Source: Octopus sinensis (taxonomy: Eukaryota). Taken from it: 64,000 bases of DNA. This document shows positions 42,597 through 55,302 of the stretch, piece after piece. Under the pieces are notes generated by a model. That model did not search any database. It was not told where the DNA came from and saw only the letters and a list, made by a program, of their open reading frames with translations. The stretch is from positions 185,628,001 to 185,692,000 of the forward strand of contig NC_042997.1 of the NCBI RefSeq assembly GCF_006345805.1. Reading direction: 5' to 3'. Numbering within the stretch: position 1 is the stretch's first letter; every line of letters begins with the position of its first letter. Made by a program: the position numbers and the translations under genes.

Positions 42597-43564
42597 ACGA
42601 GGAAACAAACTATGCCAATGTTAAATACGTGATGTTGCAATTGTATGAGCTAACAAGGTGACATCTAAGTTGGAACAAGATCTACATAAACTAATAAGAT
42701 AAATTCCTCTTAAATTGCATGCACCCTTTGAACGATTGTAGTTCTCAGGTATGCACAGGACTTTGTCACCTTATTTTACTTCGCCCCTAGAACTATCTTT
42801 CTGTCACTTCAATTTCAAACGAAGATATGAAAAAATGTTTGCTTGAATATGAAGTCATGCGTATGCCAGTTGTTAAGATGGCTTCCGTATTGCGTTTTTA
42901 AAGTTCTCGTTTCTCATTTCTTTCCTTTTTTTTTTTTACATTTATTGTATAAGCGTAAGGTCAAAGGCATAAAATTGAGTTATGATTCTACCTTTCAGAG
43001 GCAATAGGTCGTTAGCAATATAACAGTCGTGATAATAGCAGTAACCGGAAATGGAAACTGCCTCAAAGTCACAAATATATGAGAAGTCACCTCTTTACGC
43101 TACTTACCATCGATAGGTTTTTTTTAGCAACAAATAACCGTTCAGCTGATGTAATGATGGCTAACGTTCTGGAAAGAAAAACCATCGGATGAAAGGTCGT
43201 TTTGAACTGTAAAACGTGTCGCTCATGCACTTCAGATATACATCATGGATTTAACGAGATATACACAATAGGTTTAGTTAACGTTTCAACACGAGCAAAT
43301 GCTGTATAAAGAGGGAATATTTACATCCGAATATTCAGTATCATGATTGGAGACAGAGCGGTGATTTGAAACATGATTAGAAGAACATCTAACCGGGATA
43401 TGATCTGCAATAAGATATCAAAAGGATTTATATAATTGTTGGGTAAATAGCGTCTAACTCTTTTAGAAATAAACGTTTTTAAGGATATATGCGAGCGCAT
43501 GTGTGTCTCTAACCTGTTCTTTCTTTCATTCTCTCTCCCCTCTCTTTCTCTGCATATATATATT

Positions 43565-43965
43565 ATCTTTTACTTGTTTAAGTCATTGGACTGCAGCCAT
43601 AATAGGGCACTGCCTTGAAGCGTGTCATCAAACAAATCACAACCAGTACTTTATTTATTTATTTATTTTTTAAGTATGTCACTTATTCTACTGTTCACAT
43701 TGGTTGAACCGCTCGGCTACAGGGATTTAAACAATCTGATGCCGGTTGTCAAGTGATGGTGGAGAACAAGCATAAAGACTCTGTGTGTGTGTGTGTTTCT
43801 GGTTGCATGCGCGCATGTCGGAATGGTTAAAGGCGCTCGTTTCGCAATCACGAGATACTGGGTTCGCCTCAACAGCGTGTCATCTTAAGTGATTTTTGCT
43901 TTATACACCATCGAGTCGACTCATACTCTGTGAGTTAAATTTGACAGAAATATGGAGGCCTGTCG
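43565..43965. mobile_element. Two old SINE A-like remnants (minus-strand tail 43565-43795, plus-strand head 43810-43965)
   Basis: Diverged matches to family A tail and head. Confidence 0.55.
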
Positions 43966-44098
43966 CATGATTTAATTTTCCTGAATTGAAAAAGTTGAAG
44001 CTGTATCAATTTGATTCTCTCTGAGAGTTGTATTCATAATATACGCGTATGTGGAATGTCTTCCCCTTACACGCTAATTCAAAATATGCACGTATGTA

Positions 44099-44141
<43 letters not shown>

Positions 44142-44154
44142 TATATATATATAG

Positions 44155-44345
44155 GGAGAATTCACAAAAAAAAAACAAAGACGAAGACTGGTGGTGCAGA
44201 CAACAAACAGATGCATTAGTTTAATGCTCGGGAAGTGGAAAAGTCTTTAACGTTTCGAGCCTACTCTATTCCACAGAAAAGAACAAAGAAAGAGATCAAG
44301 GAGAGAAAATAAAGAATGTGTAGTGGCTAGCGATCTATCATGGCG
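44155..44345 (-). mobile_element. Penelope-like terminal repeat fragment with degenerate hammerhead
   Basis: Minus strand 44281-44245: CTTTT-CTGTGGA..GAG(TAGG)CTC-GAAACGTT-AAAG; shares TTTAACGTTTCGAGC with 31885; abuts (TA)n. Confidence 0.45.
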
Positions 44346-44507
44346 AATGGCGGACAGAGTGGTCACACAGGAAAAAAGGGGAGATAATAAAGTAGTGGTG
44401 ATCCCAAAACGAAGGTGCGCGTGCATGTGTGCGTGTGGAAGAGGGCTGGTGATCTTGACGTGGTGTGCGTGTGTGTGCATATGTAGGTGTGTGGATGACA
44501 GTGTGGA

Positions 44508-44547
<40 letters not shown>

Positions 44548-44603
44548 GGAGTTGTACGTGCATAGCAAGTGACCTGATCTGAGATCGTTTGCTGGAACGA
44601 AAG

Positions 44604-44642
<39 letters not shown>

Positions 44643-45769
44643 CACTATGTACATATGTACGACGTATGCATGAATGTATGTATGTATGTATGTATACATG
44701 TATGTATGTATGTATGTATGTATGTATGCATGCATGCATGTATGTATGTAGTATGTATGCATGCATGCATGTATGTATGTACGTATGTATGTATGTTTGT
44801 ATGCATGTGTGTAGTGGTGGATTTTGTAAATCATCCCTATGTTCCGTAACAAAATATTCATTTGCGTAATATAGTCTTTTTTGTAGAATTTTTATATCTT
44901 TTTTTCCTTTTTTGTTTTTGAAACAAAATGAGTTAATAACTGAAAGGCTACGGCCAGTTGCATCAAAAGCGAACATGGCGGGCAAAATATAGCGATTGAA
45001 GTTCTGTGTTGTTGTTTAGATTCATTATTTTGCTCTTTTAAAACATGTAACTTACTAGAGAAAAAATATGGGAGTAAAAAAATGCAATAAGTTGAATAGT
45101 TACGAATGATTGTGCATTTCGAATGGAGAATATATATAGGACAGAGCGAGGCAACAAATTGCAAAAATATGGAATTTTGAAGAATATCTTGACACTATAG
45201 CAATTTCTGTTGCTTAAAAATATAGGGTTTTACTTATTCAGAATCTCAGTAATTTAGTTGTATGCATGTGTATGTTTGTACGTGTGTGTGTATGTGTGTA
45301 TGTGAGTCTGTATAGTGTGCGTATATGTGCATGTGTGTAAGTGCATGTGTTTGTGTGTGGGCGCACAAACTAATATGAAATTGAAATGCTTCCAGCATTC
45401 TCTTTCATCTTCGCTATTCACATCATCTAGAAACCTCAAAACATTCAAAATAATTTTTAAAATAGCTCTCCAGTAGAAAGCATTACCTGCTGTATCATCT
45501 TATTTCAGCGAAGGACTCTATGCTTTTATGAGATGCATCACATGATAATTTGGAGGTAATGATAGTGTCACATCAAAGGTTAAATTCTACAAAAACCAAT
45601 GCTGATTTTTTTTTCCTCAAGACTTTGACATATTTGTTTTCTTGTATATTTTCTTAGAATTTTAATTAGGCTCGTGGACGAACAAGCTTCTCTTTTTACT
45701 TTATAGTGTTTATTTATGTTTCCGGTAACGAGGATTTAGGATTTCGCGCACCAAAGCGAATTTTGGTGA

Positions 45770-45895
45770 ATTGGCGAATCGGTACCGCGCCGGATGAAAC
45801 ATTTTGCAGCATTTCGTCCGTTTTTACGTTCTAAGTTCCAACTCCGCAGAAGTCAGCTTTGCCTTTCATCCTTTTGGAGTCGATAAAATAAGTAC
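45770..45895 (+). mobile_element. SINE family B, diverged
   Basis: CTTTGCCTTTCATCCTTTTGGAGTCGATAAAATAAGTACC. Confidence 0.7.
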
Positions 45896-45985
45896 CTTGC
45901 TTACTAAATTCTCTTCACGGACAATCCGGCTAGGTTGATGGCTCGTGTTGGTCAATGGCATTCCACATGGTCACGGGGGTATACC

Positions 45986-46344
45986 TATTTCTTTATTACC
46001 CACAAGGGGCTAGGGACAAACAAGGACAGACAAACGGATTAAGTCGATTTAATCGACCCCAGTGCGTAAGTGGTACTTATTTAATTGAGCCCGAAAGGAT
46101 GAAAGGCAAAGTCGACCTCGGCGGAATTTGAACTCAGAACGTAGCGGCAGACGAAATACTTATTTCTTTACTACTCACACGGGACTAAACACAGAGAGGA
46201 CAAACAAGGACAGACAAACGGATTAAGTTGATTTAATCGACCCCAGTGCGTAACTGCTACTTATTTAATCGACCCCGAAAGGATGAAAGGCAAAGTCGAC
46301 CTCGGCGGAATTTGAAACGAGAACGTAGCGGCAGACGAAATACC
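45986..46344 (-). mobile_element. SINE family B tandem dimer, both units 5'-truncated at the same point
   Basis: 45986-46159 and 46161-46344 both end in GCGGCAGACGAAATAC on the plus strand. Confidence 0.85.
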
Positions 46345-46569
46345 GGAAGTATACCGCGGAGATGGGGACTGACTAAGACTCTCTTCGACGAGGCACCCGA
46401 GAGGACTCGAAGATGTACCGACAAATGGTGAGCGTAGCAACGCGATGCAAGGATGCATGCCTCTAGAGCTGAACTTACCTGATTTACTGATGGCAATCGG
46501 ATAAGTATTCTCTGAAACATATTTAATAAAATGCGAATCATTCTCTAGGGTGCACATTTGTAGCATTAA

Positions 46570-46780
46570 CCCTTTTAGCATTTAAACCAGCCATATCCGA
46601 CTCAACTATTTTATCTGTTTTATGTTCAAACTGACCAGATCTGATCTCTTACACCTACCCAACAATGTCATTCTAAGCATAAACATTGAATCTCAAAGCT
46701 ATGAGATAATGCATCATTAATTAAAAACAATGTGAATAAATAAGCACTAAATTTGATAGAATTATCTGAATCCTAATAGA
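46570..46780. mobile_element. piggyBac-type MITE (TTAA target)
   Basis: TTAA-CCCTTTTAGCATT .. AATCCTAATAGA-TTAA; right TIR degenerate. Confidence 0.5.
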
Positions 46781-47919
46781 TTAAGAAAATGCGTATCCTC
46801 TCGCAAATAGGCTGTATAATATTTGAACATATATTAACTCTCGTGATTCACTTTGTTTTGTGTATCATATTTAATTAGTGACGGAATGTGAAAAGTATAA
46901 ATATGCGATTTAAGTTATAAACAAGGGTAATAAATTAATTTATCACAGATTTTAAAAATAGCTGAATACTTTGAGTACTTGTAAAAGAAGTCGTGTACGT
47001 TACCCTGAGGAGCAGCCAACAAATTAGGAAACTGTCGATAAGGAGTTTTATCATTTTTTTCGCATATAGAAAGAATAGAAGAAACATTCTGGTAATTCTA
47101 TCTTATAGCTAGTATTTCTAATGTGCGACTGGCATGCTAAACTATTTGAGACACGTGTAAGCTAAATAAATCGTTGACAATGCAACTTCCTTTTTATGCT
47201 ACACACACACACACAAAATTTGACTGCGGTGGGATTTAAATCTGCAGAATTAAGGAAATCGAATTAAATTACGAAGATATTCTATCAGTATCTCTAACGA
47301 CTTTACCAGTTCCCGATCTTTTTTATTTCTAAGTTATGTACATGGTTAAAAGTTTTGAGGTATGGTTTTTAAGGTGTTTAATCATATACTATGACATTTA
47401 CTAAATTTCAATGTTCAGAAAAGGAAAAACAATATTGACCTCGGCAAGATTTAAACTCTGAAAATGAAAAGCTTTAACAAATATTACAAGGCATTGCTTC
47501 GGAATCTCTAGCGATTCCACCAATAATTATCGAAGTAAGCATTTTTCAAATGCAGCTGGACACATGTATTCACTGCGTTTTTAAGTTACTGGGTTTATTG
47601 CCAAACCAATGACGCACAGCAGGTAGTTTGCGCAAAGACGTGGTCAGTTTACTTTACACGTGTGGCATGAAGCCATTACGCAGAGCAGTAACGCTCCTGT
47701 CCTTGTTGCCCGTCTACATAAGTATCTACAATCTATTGCGTAATCTATAATTGAACTGAACACCATGAAACAGCACTGTAACCAATGGAGCCTTTTAGAA
47801 TCCATCTTCTCCATCGTGCCGCCCATCCCCGCCTCTAATATACGTAAGAATCTGTAATCATATGGCATTCCGTATAACTGTATTGAGCACCATAAAAAAG
47901 CACTGCAACCGGAACAGAT

Positions 47920-48334
47920 CTTTTCTTTCCGCCTTTCTTCTGTCCTCTTTTCTTACTTTTATTCTCTCTCATCATGCACTTACAAACACAGTCTCTCTTT
48001 TTTCTCTTTTGTCACACTCACCGACTTAATTCCCTTCGCTCTCTACCCTTCATTCACAAATGCTTTCTCTCTTTCCCACATTTATCATCACATTTCACCC
48101 ACCTTTCTCTCGCTCTTACTTTCTTTCTCTCTCTCTTTCTCACTCACTCTCTCTCTCTCTCTCTCTCTCTTCCCTACTCTCACTTTCACAAAAACCGTCT
48201 CTCTTTATTTTTCTATTTTTACTTTTCCTTAATTCCTGAACTTCCTTTCACCCTTTTCTCGATCTCACTCCTTCCGCCTCACTCACTCACTCACTCATTC
48301 ACTCAGTCACTCACTCAGTCACTCACTCACTCAC

Positions 48335-48378
<44 letters not shown>

Positions 48379-49480
48379 TTCACACAGCCTTTTTCTTTCT
48401 GTTTTTTTTTTCCAAACTTTATTCCTATATTTGTGTATTTATTTATTTCCCTATTTTCCTTTTATTTGGCGCTTCTTGATTTCCATTTCCTTCCCTTTAT
48501 GGCCGTCCATCAATCAAATCGTCTATTGTTCGCTTATCAGACCACTTCTTTTCCCTTCCTATTCTTTTCTATGACCGCTGTCGTCCACCATCACCGCCAT
48601 TATACAGAATGGACACTGTAGAGTTTTCGGGATTGGAGCCATCAAACGAACAAGTGAATTTTTACTTTTTATTTTATATCTTATATATATATATTATTTT
48701 TTTTTGGCATCGCTACTTCCTCTATTCTCTAACTTCCGCCACTCCCTCTAACCGTCCTCTCTACTCATCTATTTCCACATTATATCTCCAACTTCACTAC
48801 TCCATCCAGCACTTGCTCTCCCAGTCTCTCCTTGACTTTCTTCTCTTTCTACTGCTTTCTTACACTCTTAAACTATCTAACCAAACTCCTTATCTATTTT
48901 CTCTCTCTTTGATCTATTTTCCTCAATATCCTCAATTATTCCCCCTTACTCAATTATCTCCCCTTTCCATGCTACTCTTTCTCTTTTCCTCTCACTTTTC
49001 CCCCTGCCTCTTCGTTCTCTCTCTTTATCTCCCTCCTTCCCTCTCTGTTTCCTTTGCTTCTTACCCTCTACTTCTCTATGTTCTCTAATCTACATTCCTA
49101 CAAAGCCACTCTCTATTTATTTCTTCCACACTACCGGCTCTATTTTCGCAGAAACTACTTCTTCCTAGCAACTACATAACTTACTCCACCTTCTCTTTTA
49201 CCTCATCTTCCTCTTTGGTTCGCATTATATTTTTTATTCCTCTACTTTATTTCCTTTTACTTCCAAGTTGCTCCCTATTCTCATCTCGCTTTCCGGAACA
49301 TTTTTATCAGTCTTTTCTTTTCCTCCCCCTCCCTCCCTTTTCATAATATATTCCCTCGCTCTCCCTCTCTCTCTACTCCTCCTTCATTAACCCAATCTCT
49401 CTTTTGACTTTTTGTTTCTCACCCTTATGTTTTACTTTCTATTTTTTATATTTCATTATCTTGACTCTCTCTCTCTCTTT
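47920..49480 (+). repeat. 1.5-kb polypyrimidine (CT-rich) low-complexity tract with (CT)n and (CACT)n
   Basis: Strong strand asymmetry with very few G on the plus strand. Confidence 0.85.
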
Positions 49481-49481
49481 C

Positions 49482-49482
<1 letters not shown>

Positions 49483-49579
<97 letters not shown>

Positions 49580-49652
49580 CATCTCCATATATGCTTACGT
49601 GTATGTGTATATATGTATATATATATATAATATATATATATATATATAAATA

Positions 49653-49708
<56 letters not shown>

Positions 49709-49750
49709 TACATATATATATATATGTATATGTATATATATATATAAATA

Positions 49751-49803
<53 letters not shown>

Positions 49804-49815
49804 CATACATATGTG
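49483..49815. repeat. (TATC)n and (TA)n microsatellite
   Basis: Direct reading. Confidence 0.95.
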
Positions 49816-50934
49816 TACACTCATACATAATACATATACACAACGTATCTCTTCTCACTCTCTTTTCCCCTCTTTCTGCACACACTCTATCTGTCCCTAC
49901 TTCAGTAAAATAATCCTTACTATCAGCATGAATGCAGCAGAAATAATTCTTTTTCCTTGCTCGTATTTCTTTATTCTTCTTTACAGTTAACATTCCGTTT
50001 GACTGTGTGGTGGTCGTATTTTAGACATTTTATAACACCGACCAAATGTCAGCCACATTAATAGCATAACGAAGCCAGTTGATTTAAATGGAACGAAACA
50101 CATTTAATGGAGATTTTAAACGTGAATGGAATGTGAGTTCGATTAATTACAACTTGTAAACGTATTCTAAACAAAAAACGGGTGCAGAATGCATGGTATT
50201 ATTTCTGCTATCCATCCAGATTGTTTCTGGTCCTGCTTATCTTTTTGTGCTTTTAAATCCCGACCGTTCAGAATACGATTCATGTCTTCCAAGGTCGATA
50301 GTTTAAATATCAGTAATATATCATAAGGATGAATTTGTCTATGCCAACGATAATAAAAATAAGAATGATTTCACATTTTGGTAGAAGTTCAACAAGTTTA
50401 GACGGTGAAGGTTAGTCAATTACATCGAATCCAGCATTTTACTGGCATTTTATTTTATTGACCTCGAAAGGATAAAAGGCAATTTTGAGCTTGGCAGTAG
50501 AGAGTAAAGAGTACAAAGAAATGCCGATATGCATTTTGTCCGGCGCGCTCTGGTTTAAAATTTGGATACAAGACTTGCAATATAGGATATTGGTCCACTC
50601 ACGTCCCTTGTATTTCTTGGTTTCTTTTAGAGGGTGTTCGTAACATCCTAGATGAGGAAAGTTTACTAAAGACTTGTTCTATATCCTTCCATTTCTAACG
50701 GAAAGCAACATCGTGATTAGACCTTCTTGAGGCTTTTATATTGTTGCAATTCCACCAATTTTGTTCGCAATGCTCAAAATATACTTATTTTCTGGCTTCT
50801 GCCAGGACGTAATATTTTGATTTTCAGCAATTTGGAAAACATACCCAACCAAAACCATCTTAGTTCTAAGGAACCAAATTTGTTTTGTCATCAAATGTAA
50901 TACAAATTTAAACCATTTATTAAAGTGTCGTCTC

Positions 50935-50997
50935 ATGCACAGCGACTCCCAAGGCCGTGTGAGCAGATTTGGTGGACGAAACTGGAAGAAACCCGTC

Positions 50998-51066
<69 letters not shown>

Positions 51067-51372
51067 TGTATATATCTGTATATGTATGTGTTTGTACCCC
51101 ACCATCGCTTGACAACCGATGCGGGTGTGTTTATATCCCTGTTACTTAGTGGTTCGGCAAAAGAGTACGATAGGCTAAAAAATATATTTGAGACGCGTGT
51201 AAGCTAAATAAATCGTTGACAATGCAACTTCCTTTTTTATGCTACACACACACCCACACACACTCACAAAATTTGACTTCGGTGGGATTTAAATCTGTAG
51301 AATTAAGGAAATCGAATTAAGACATGGCTGCTGTTAAATCACTGAAAGAAATCAAAGAATAAAATAAAAGAA
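50935..51372 (+). mobile_element. SINE family A, interrupted by a 136-bp copy of 47143-47267
   Basis: SINE body to ~51172, foreign segment 51185-51320, SINE tail resumes CATGGCTGCTGTTAAATCACTGAAA. Confidence 0.75.
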
Positions 51373-52394
51373 ATAAAATTAGCGTAAACGAATATTATTT
51401 TAAGTATTCCATTCGTTCATTTAAGACTTGTTTTTTTTTGGCAGTGAATTCAACAAAAACCAATAAAATACAATTACTTTTTACATGGACATAGAAATTT
51501 TATTTACACGTTAGTCGACTCTGTTGACTTCTACAAGAAAGCTAACTCTTGTTTCTACAAGACAGCTAACTCTTGTAAGAGAAGTCTATTATATATTGCC
51601 AGCATATGATTGGAAAATATTATGCACAGCCATTACAGAGTAATCGAGAATCTAAACGAGTGTTATAAATGATTTATTTCATAGTTCTACTCTTCCATCT
51701 AAATTTACTTAAGATTGACATCTGGAGTCGGTTGAATCTGACAGTTACACGATGGAAATTCGTGTATTTTCGGAGTTGTGCTTAATCATTTAGCAAGAAA
51801 TATGATATGAGATACTGTGTGGAAATTGAAATAATTACTTCATTGAAGAGACATCTTAGCCTTTTAACATCACACACCTAATTACATTCTCTTTTTTTAA
51901 AAGTTTCTTCATAACATCGTATACTAAAGATTATTAAAAGGTTTTGTTGTATCTCTGCGATTTGGTTACATGCACATATCTCTAATTTCACTCACACGTT
52001 AGTTCATTCTGGATCGGTGACCAAACGGAAACAAGAGAATGAAGCAAGCACGCAAGTTCTTAATTATGAATTGTGGACTAAGATTCATCAAAAATTCACT
52101 AAATCAGGTGGAAAGTATCGTTGAAAGTCAAGTATTTTCTATGACTGGATAAAATGTTGTCAGTCACATGGTTGTACATATTTGTGGTTCTTATATTCTG
52201 GTTTAATTAGAACCATATAATTGTTGAATGGTATTATGTGGCATTCTTGCATTTCAAAGATTAAAGAAATGGATTTACTCGGTAATGGTATATATTTTTG
52301 TATTAATTCGACTACTTTACCAAAGCATATCAGTAATCCACTGAAAAACGAATAAGGATATCAAGAACAGCAACAGACAGTACTAAACAAGTAG

Positions 52395-52728
52395 CACAGT
52401 TCTATATTTAAGAGATAAGAAATTATTTACATTATTTACATAATTTACATTTAGTGGATATTTGTCCTCATCTTGTTTGTTGTTAAGACAACGTTTCGGA
52501 TGATATACCCTCCAGCCTTCATCAGGTGTCTTGGGGAAATTTCGAACCTGGGTTCTCATTCCTAAGGTATTTTTCGATGTTATTATCATTATAATAATAA
52601 TAGTAATAATAATAATAATTATTATTATTATTATTATTATCACTATTATTATTCAGGTCACTGTCTGGAATCGAACTCGGAATCTTGGGGTTAGTAGCCC
52701 ACGCTCTTAACCACTACGGCATATGCCC
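52395..52728 (-). mobile_element. tRNA-headed SINE-like element with (TAA)n middle and hammerhead-containing Penelope-like tail
   Basis: Minus strand: GGGCATATGCCGTAGTGGTTAAGAGCG..CTACTAA..GAGTTCGATTCC (A/B boxes), (TAA)n, then AAGACAC-CTGATGA-AGGCTGG..TCATCC-GAAACGTT-GTCTT, and a (TGTAAATAA)n-like end. Confidence 0.75.
52485..52532 (-). ncRNA. Minimal hammerhead-like motif (stem III reduced to palindromic AACGTT)
   Basis: CTGATGA and GAAAC cores with stem II GGCTGG/TCATCC (TCAGCC in the partner copy). Confidence 0.6.
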
Positions 52729-52776
52729 GATTCCAGGCAGTGACCTAAATAATAATAATAATAATAATAATAATAA

Positions 52777-54159
52777 GGAGAGAACACCGGGGACGTTTAA
52801 GATGTAAGAGAGAACACCGGGGACGTTTAAGATGTAAGAAGGAAAATTCAGAGCTCCGAAATCTATCCACAAACATCGAAAACAAGGACATCCTATGGAG
52901 CCAAAGTTTTACTAACAAAGAATTGGACTGTATCCGAGTAAGTAATACTAATTGAAATTTATTACTATTTTCGAAACGAAATGATGTATTTTGACTCGAT
53001 ATCATCTCCGCCTCTAACGCAACACATGTAAACATGCGTGGAACATCACGATCATCTCCGACCCCAAACACCATGTACAAAGGAACTACGAAGAAATTAA
53101 ATGCCACCGATACTATTCAACCCAAGAATAACAATCGAGCGGTACGTACATTAAACTTACAACAAAAAATGTACGAAAAACTACACGTGCGAAATAATGT
53201 GACAACAGAAATAAACGGACCGGTACCCTACGAAAATGACGACCGTCAAAATAATGGGCCGGACGTTGTACCTCATGTCCCGCAAATAAAACCCAAAAGA
53301 CGTAAATGGACACGTGAGGAATACATTTCTATCGTACACGCATACTTCACAGCAGTACTCTACCCAAAAAATGAAAATACAACAACGCATACATATAAAA
53401 TATGGAAGGAAAATAATATAGATATAGACTTGGATACAGCAATGAACCCTAATAAATTAGCTAACGTACGAAGATACATTCTCAACACAAAAAAATATCA
53501 GAAATAGAAATAGAACACCTAAAAGAAAACATACACCAGGAAAATGTAGATAGAAGCCACACAACAATGCCCAATAATATAAACACTGAAAATGTAAAAC
53601 ACGAAGACAAACGCAACATTCCCAACAAACACGATGTAAACAACGAAGGGGAGCCTAATGATTATGATAATATAAAAAATAAAATAATCAAAGAACTGAA
53701 AACCACAGAGCTCAAAATGGACCACCGACCATACCTCCCAAGAATCAAAATAAACAAAATAACAACACCTATTATAAACAGCATAAACCTATCTAATTGA
53801 TGTATCAATACCAGCTGATGACAACGTGTCTCTAAAAGAAATGGAGAAACTCTCAAAATACAAAGACCTGGAAATAGAGGTAACCAGAATGTGGAATCTG
53901 AAAACAGAAACAATTCCTATCATAGTAGGTGCATTAGGCATGATAAAAAAATATTCAGACAAATACATAACAAAAACACCAGGACTTACAAACACATATA
54001 ACATACAGAAAATTGCACTACTAGGCACTGCACACATCCTACGCAGAACACTTTCCATACAATAACCATCAGAGCATCACAACAAATCACAGCACATACC
54101 CAAGGCACACAGAGCTGTGCTCGGTAGTGAAGTGAAAGCACGCTATAAAAATAAAACTA

Positions 54160-54163
<4 letters not shown>
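52777..54163 (+). mobile_element. Internally deleted Dong/R4 element: 5' UTR and N-terminal ORF fused to the last ~270 bp of the ORF and the 3' UTR
   Basis: N-terminal Myb-like motif KRRKWTREEYISIVHAYF..KLANVRRYI..EIEHLK; from ~53792 near-identical to 24539-24910; (TAA)n on both sides; 30-bp tandem duplication at the 5' end. Confidence 0.88.
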
Positions 54164-54228
<65 letters not shown>

Positions 54229-54355
54229 TTAGGTATGAGAACCCAGGTTCGAAATTTCTCCAAGCCACCTGATGAAGACTGGAGAGTATATCAGCCGAAA
54301 CGTGTTAACAACAAAAAAGGACAAATATCCGTCAAATGTAAATAATGTAAATAAT
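54229..54355 (+). mobile_element. Plus-strand partner tail of the tRNA/hammerhead element (hammerhead-like motif 54266-54306)
   Basis: Inverted homolog of ~52425-52565: CAC-CTGATGA-AGACTGG..TCAGCC-GAAACGTGTT; followed by TAAACAAGTAG, also found at 52384-52394. Confidence 0.75.
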
Positions 54356-55302
54356 GTAAACAAGTAGTGCTCTCAACTATATCAGCTAGACTAATTATTA
54401 CTTTGCAAGGTAATTGTAGCCGATATCACAGCCAGACGGTAATAATGCTTGAAAATAATTTAGTAATGAAATATATATGTTTTAGAGAATGATTCACGAT
54501 TTTAAAACGTGAACTTTATCCCTAGTGTGCTCTATTCAGTAGAATATGTGAACAATTACATTTCACTAAGATTGTGTCTCTTATTTTATCCTATAACATT
54601 TTATGAAATATGATTTTTACCTTCATTGCCTTTGATTTTTCTCCTGTAGCGTGTCTCGAGAAGAAAAGAAAACCTTCGTCTTATAAACATTTATAATATA
54701 GCACATTACTTTTCAGAACATTACGCCTCGTGCTCTGTTATAACCTCATTTGTATTTAACAACAAATATAGTATCATCATTCAGCTATACTTGGATGAGG
54801 TAAATGATGAATGGATTTTCGAAATGATTTCGAACGTAAGATTGCTTAAACCTATAAACATGGATATCTTAAGGATCTCTGCTCAAATGATCAGCTACTA
54901 ATGGGCAGGAGATGTAAATCTTTCACTGAGATATACAGCTATACGATTTACCTTGATTAACTTGAATAATTTGTGCCATATTCATAATGTCGATCACAGT
55001 AACTAAAAACGAAAAAGTTGTCATCCCAAAGCAGCGTTATTGGCTTAATAGTTTGTCTTTTCAAATGCTCGAGGAAACATTTTGCCTCTTGTACATACTT
55101 GCGTAAAAAGATATCTCTTTAAAAATACTACATGCAACTGATGTATTTGTTTTATTTTTTAAACCAAGCTATGTGTACACTTCTAAAACCTTAACAACAA
55201 TGCATGTAAAGAAATCTATGATTCAGTGGAGGGGAAAAGCTGAAAGAGCAAACTAACAAAAATTGTTAATGAAATGAATTCTTCTAATAAACATGCTAAA
55301 GG

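Noticed and set aside
47974-49088. 215-aa and 159-aa L/S/F-rich ORFs
   Set aside because: By-products of a CT-rich tract that lacks stop codons; no domain signal.
52655-52728. Functional tRNA gene (loop CT-ACT-AA)
   Set aside because: Acceptor and T stems do not pair properly and it runs into a repeat body; treated as a SINE head. The same applies to 33320-33392.
52777-52910. HDV-like ribozyme at the Dong 5' end
   Set aside because: Plausible for this clade, but the nested double pseudoknot could not be assigned by eye; only a 30-bp tandem duplication is evident.
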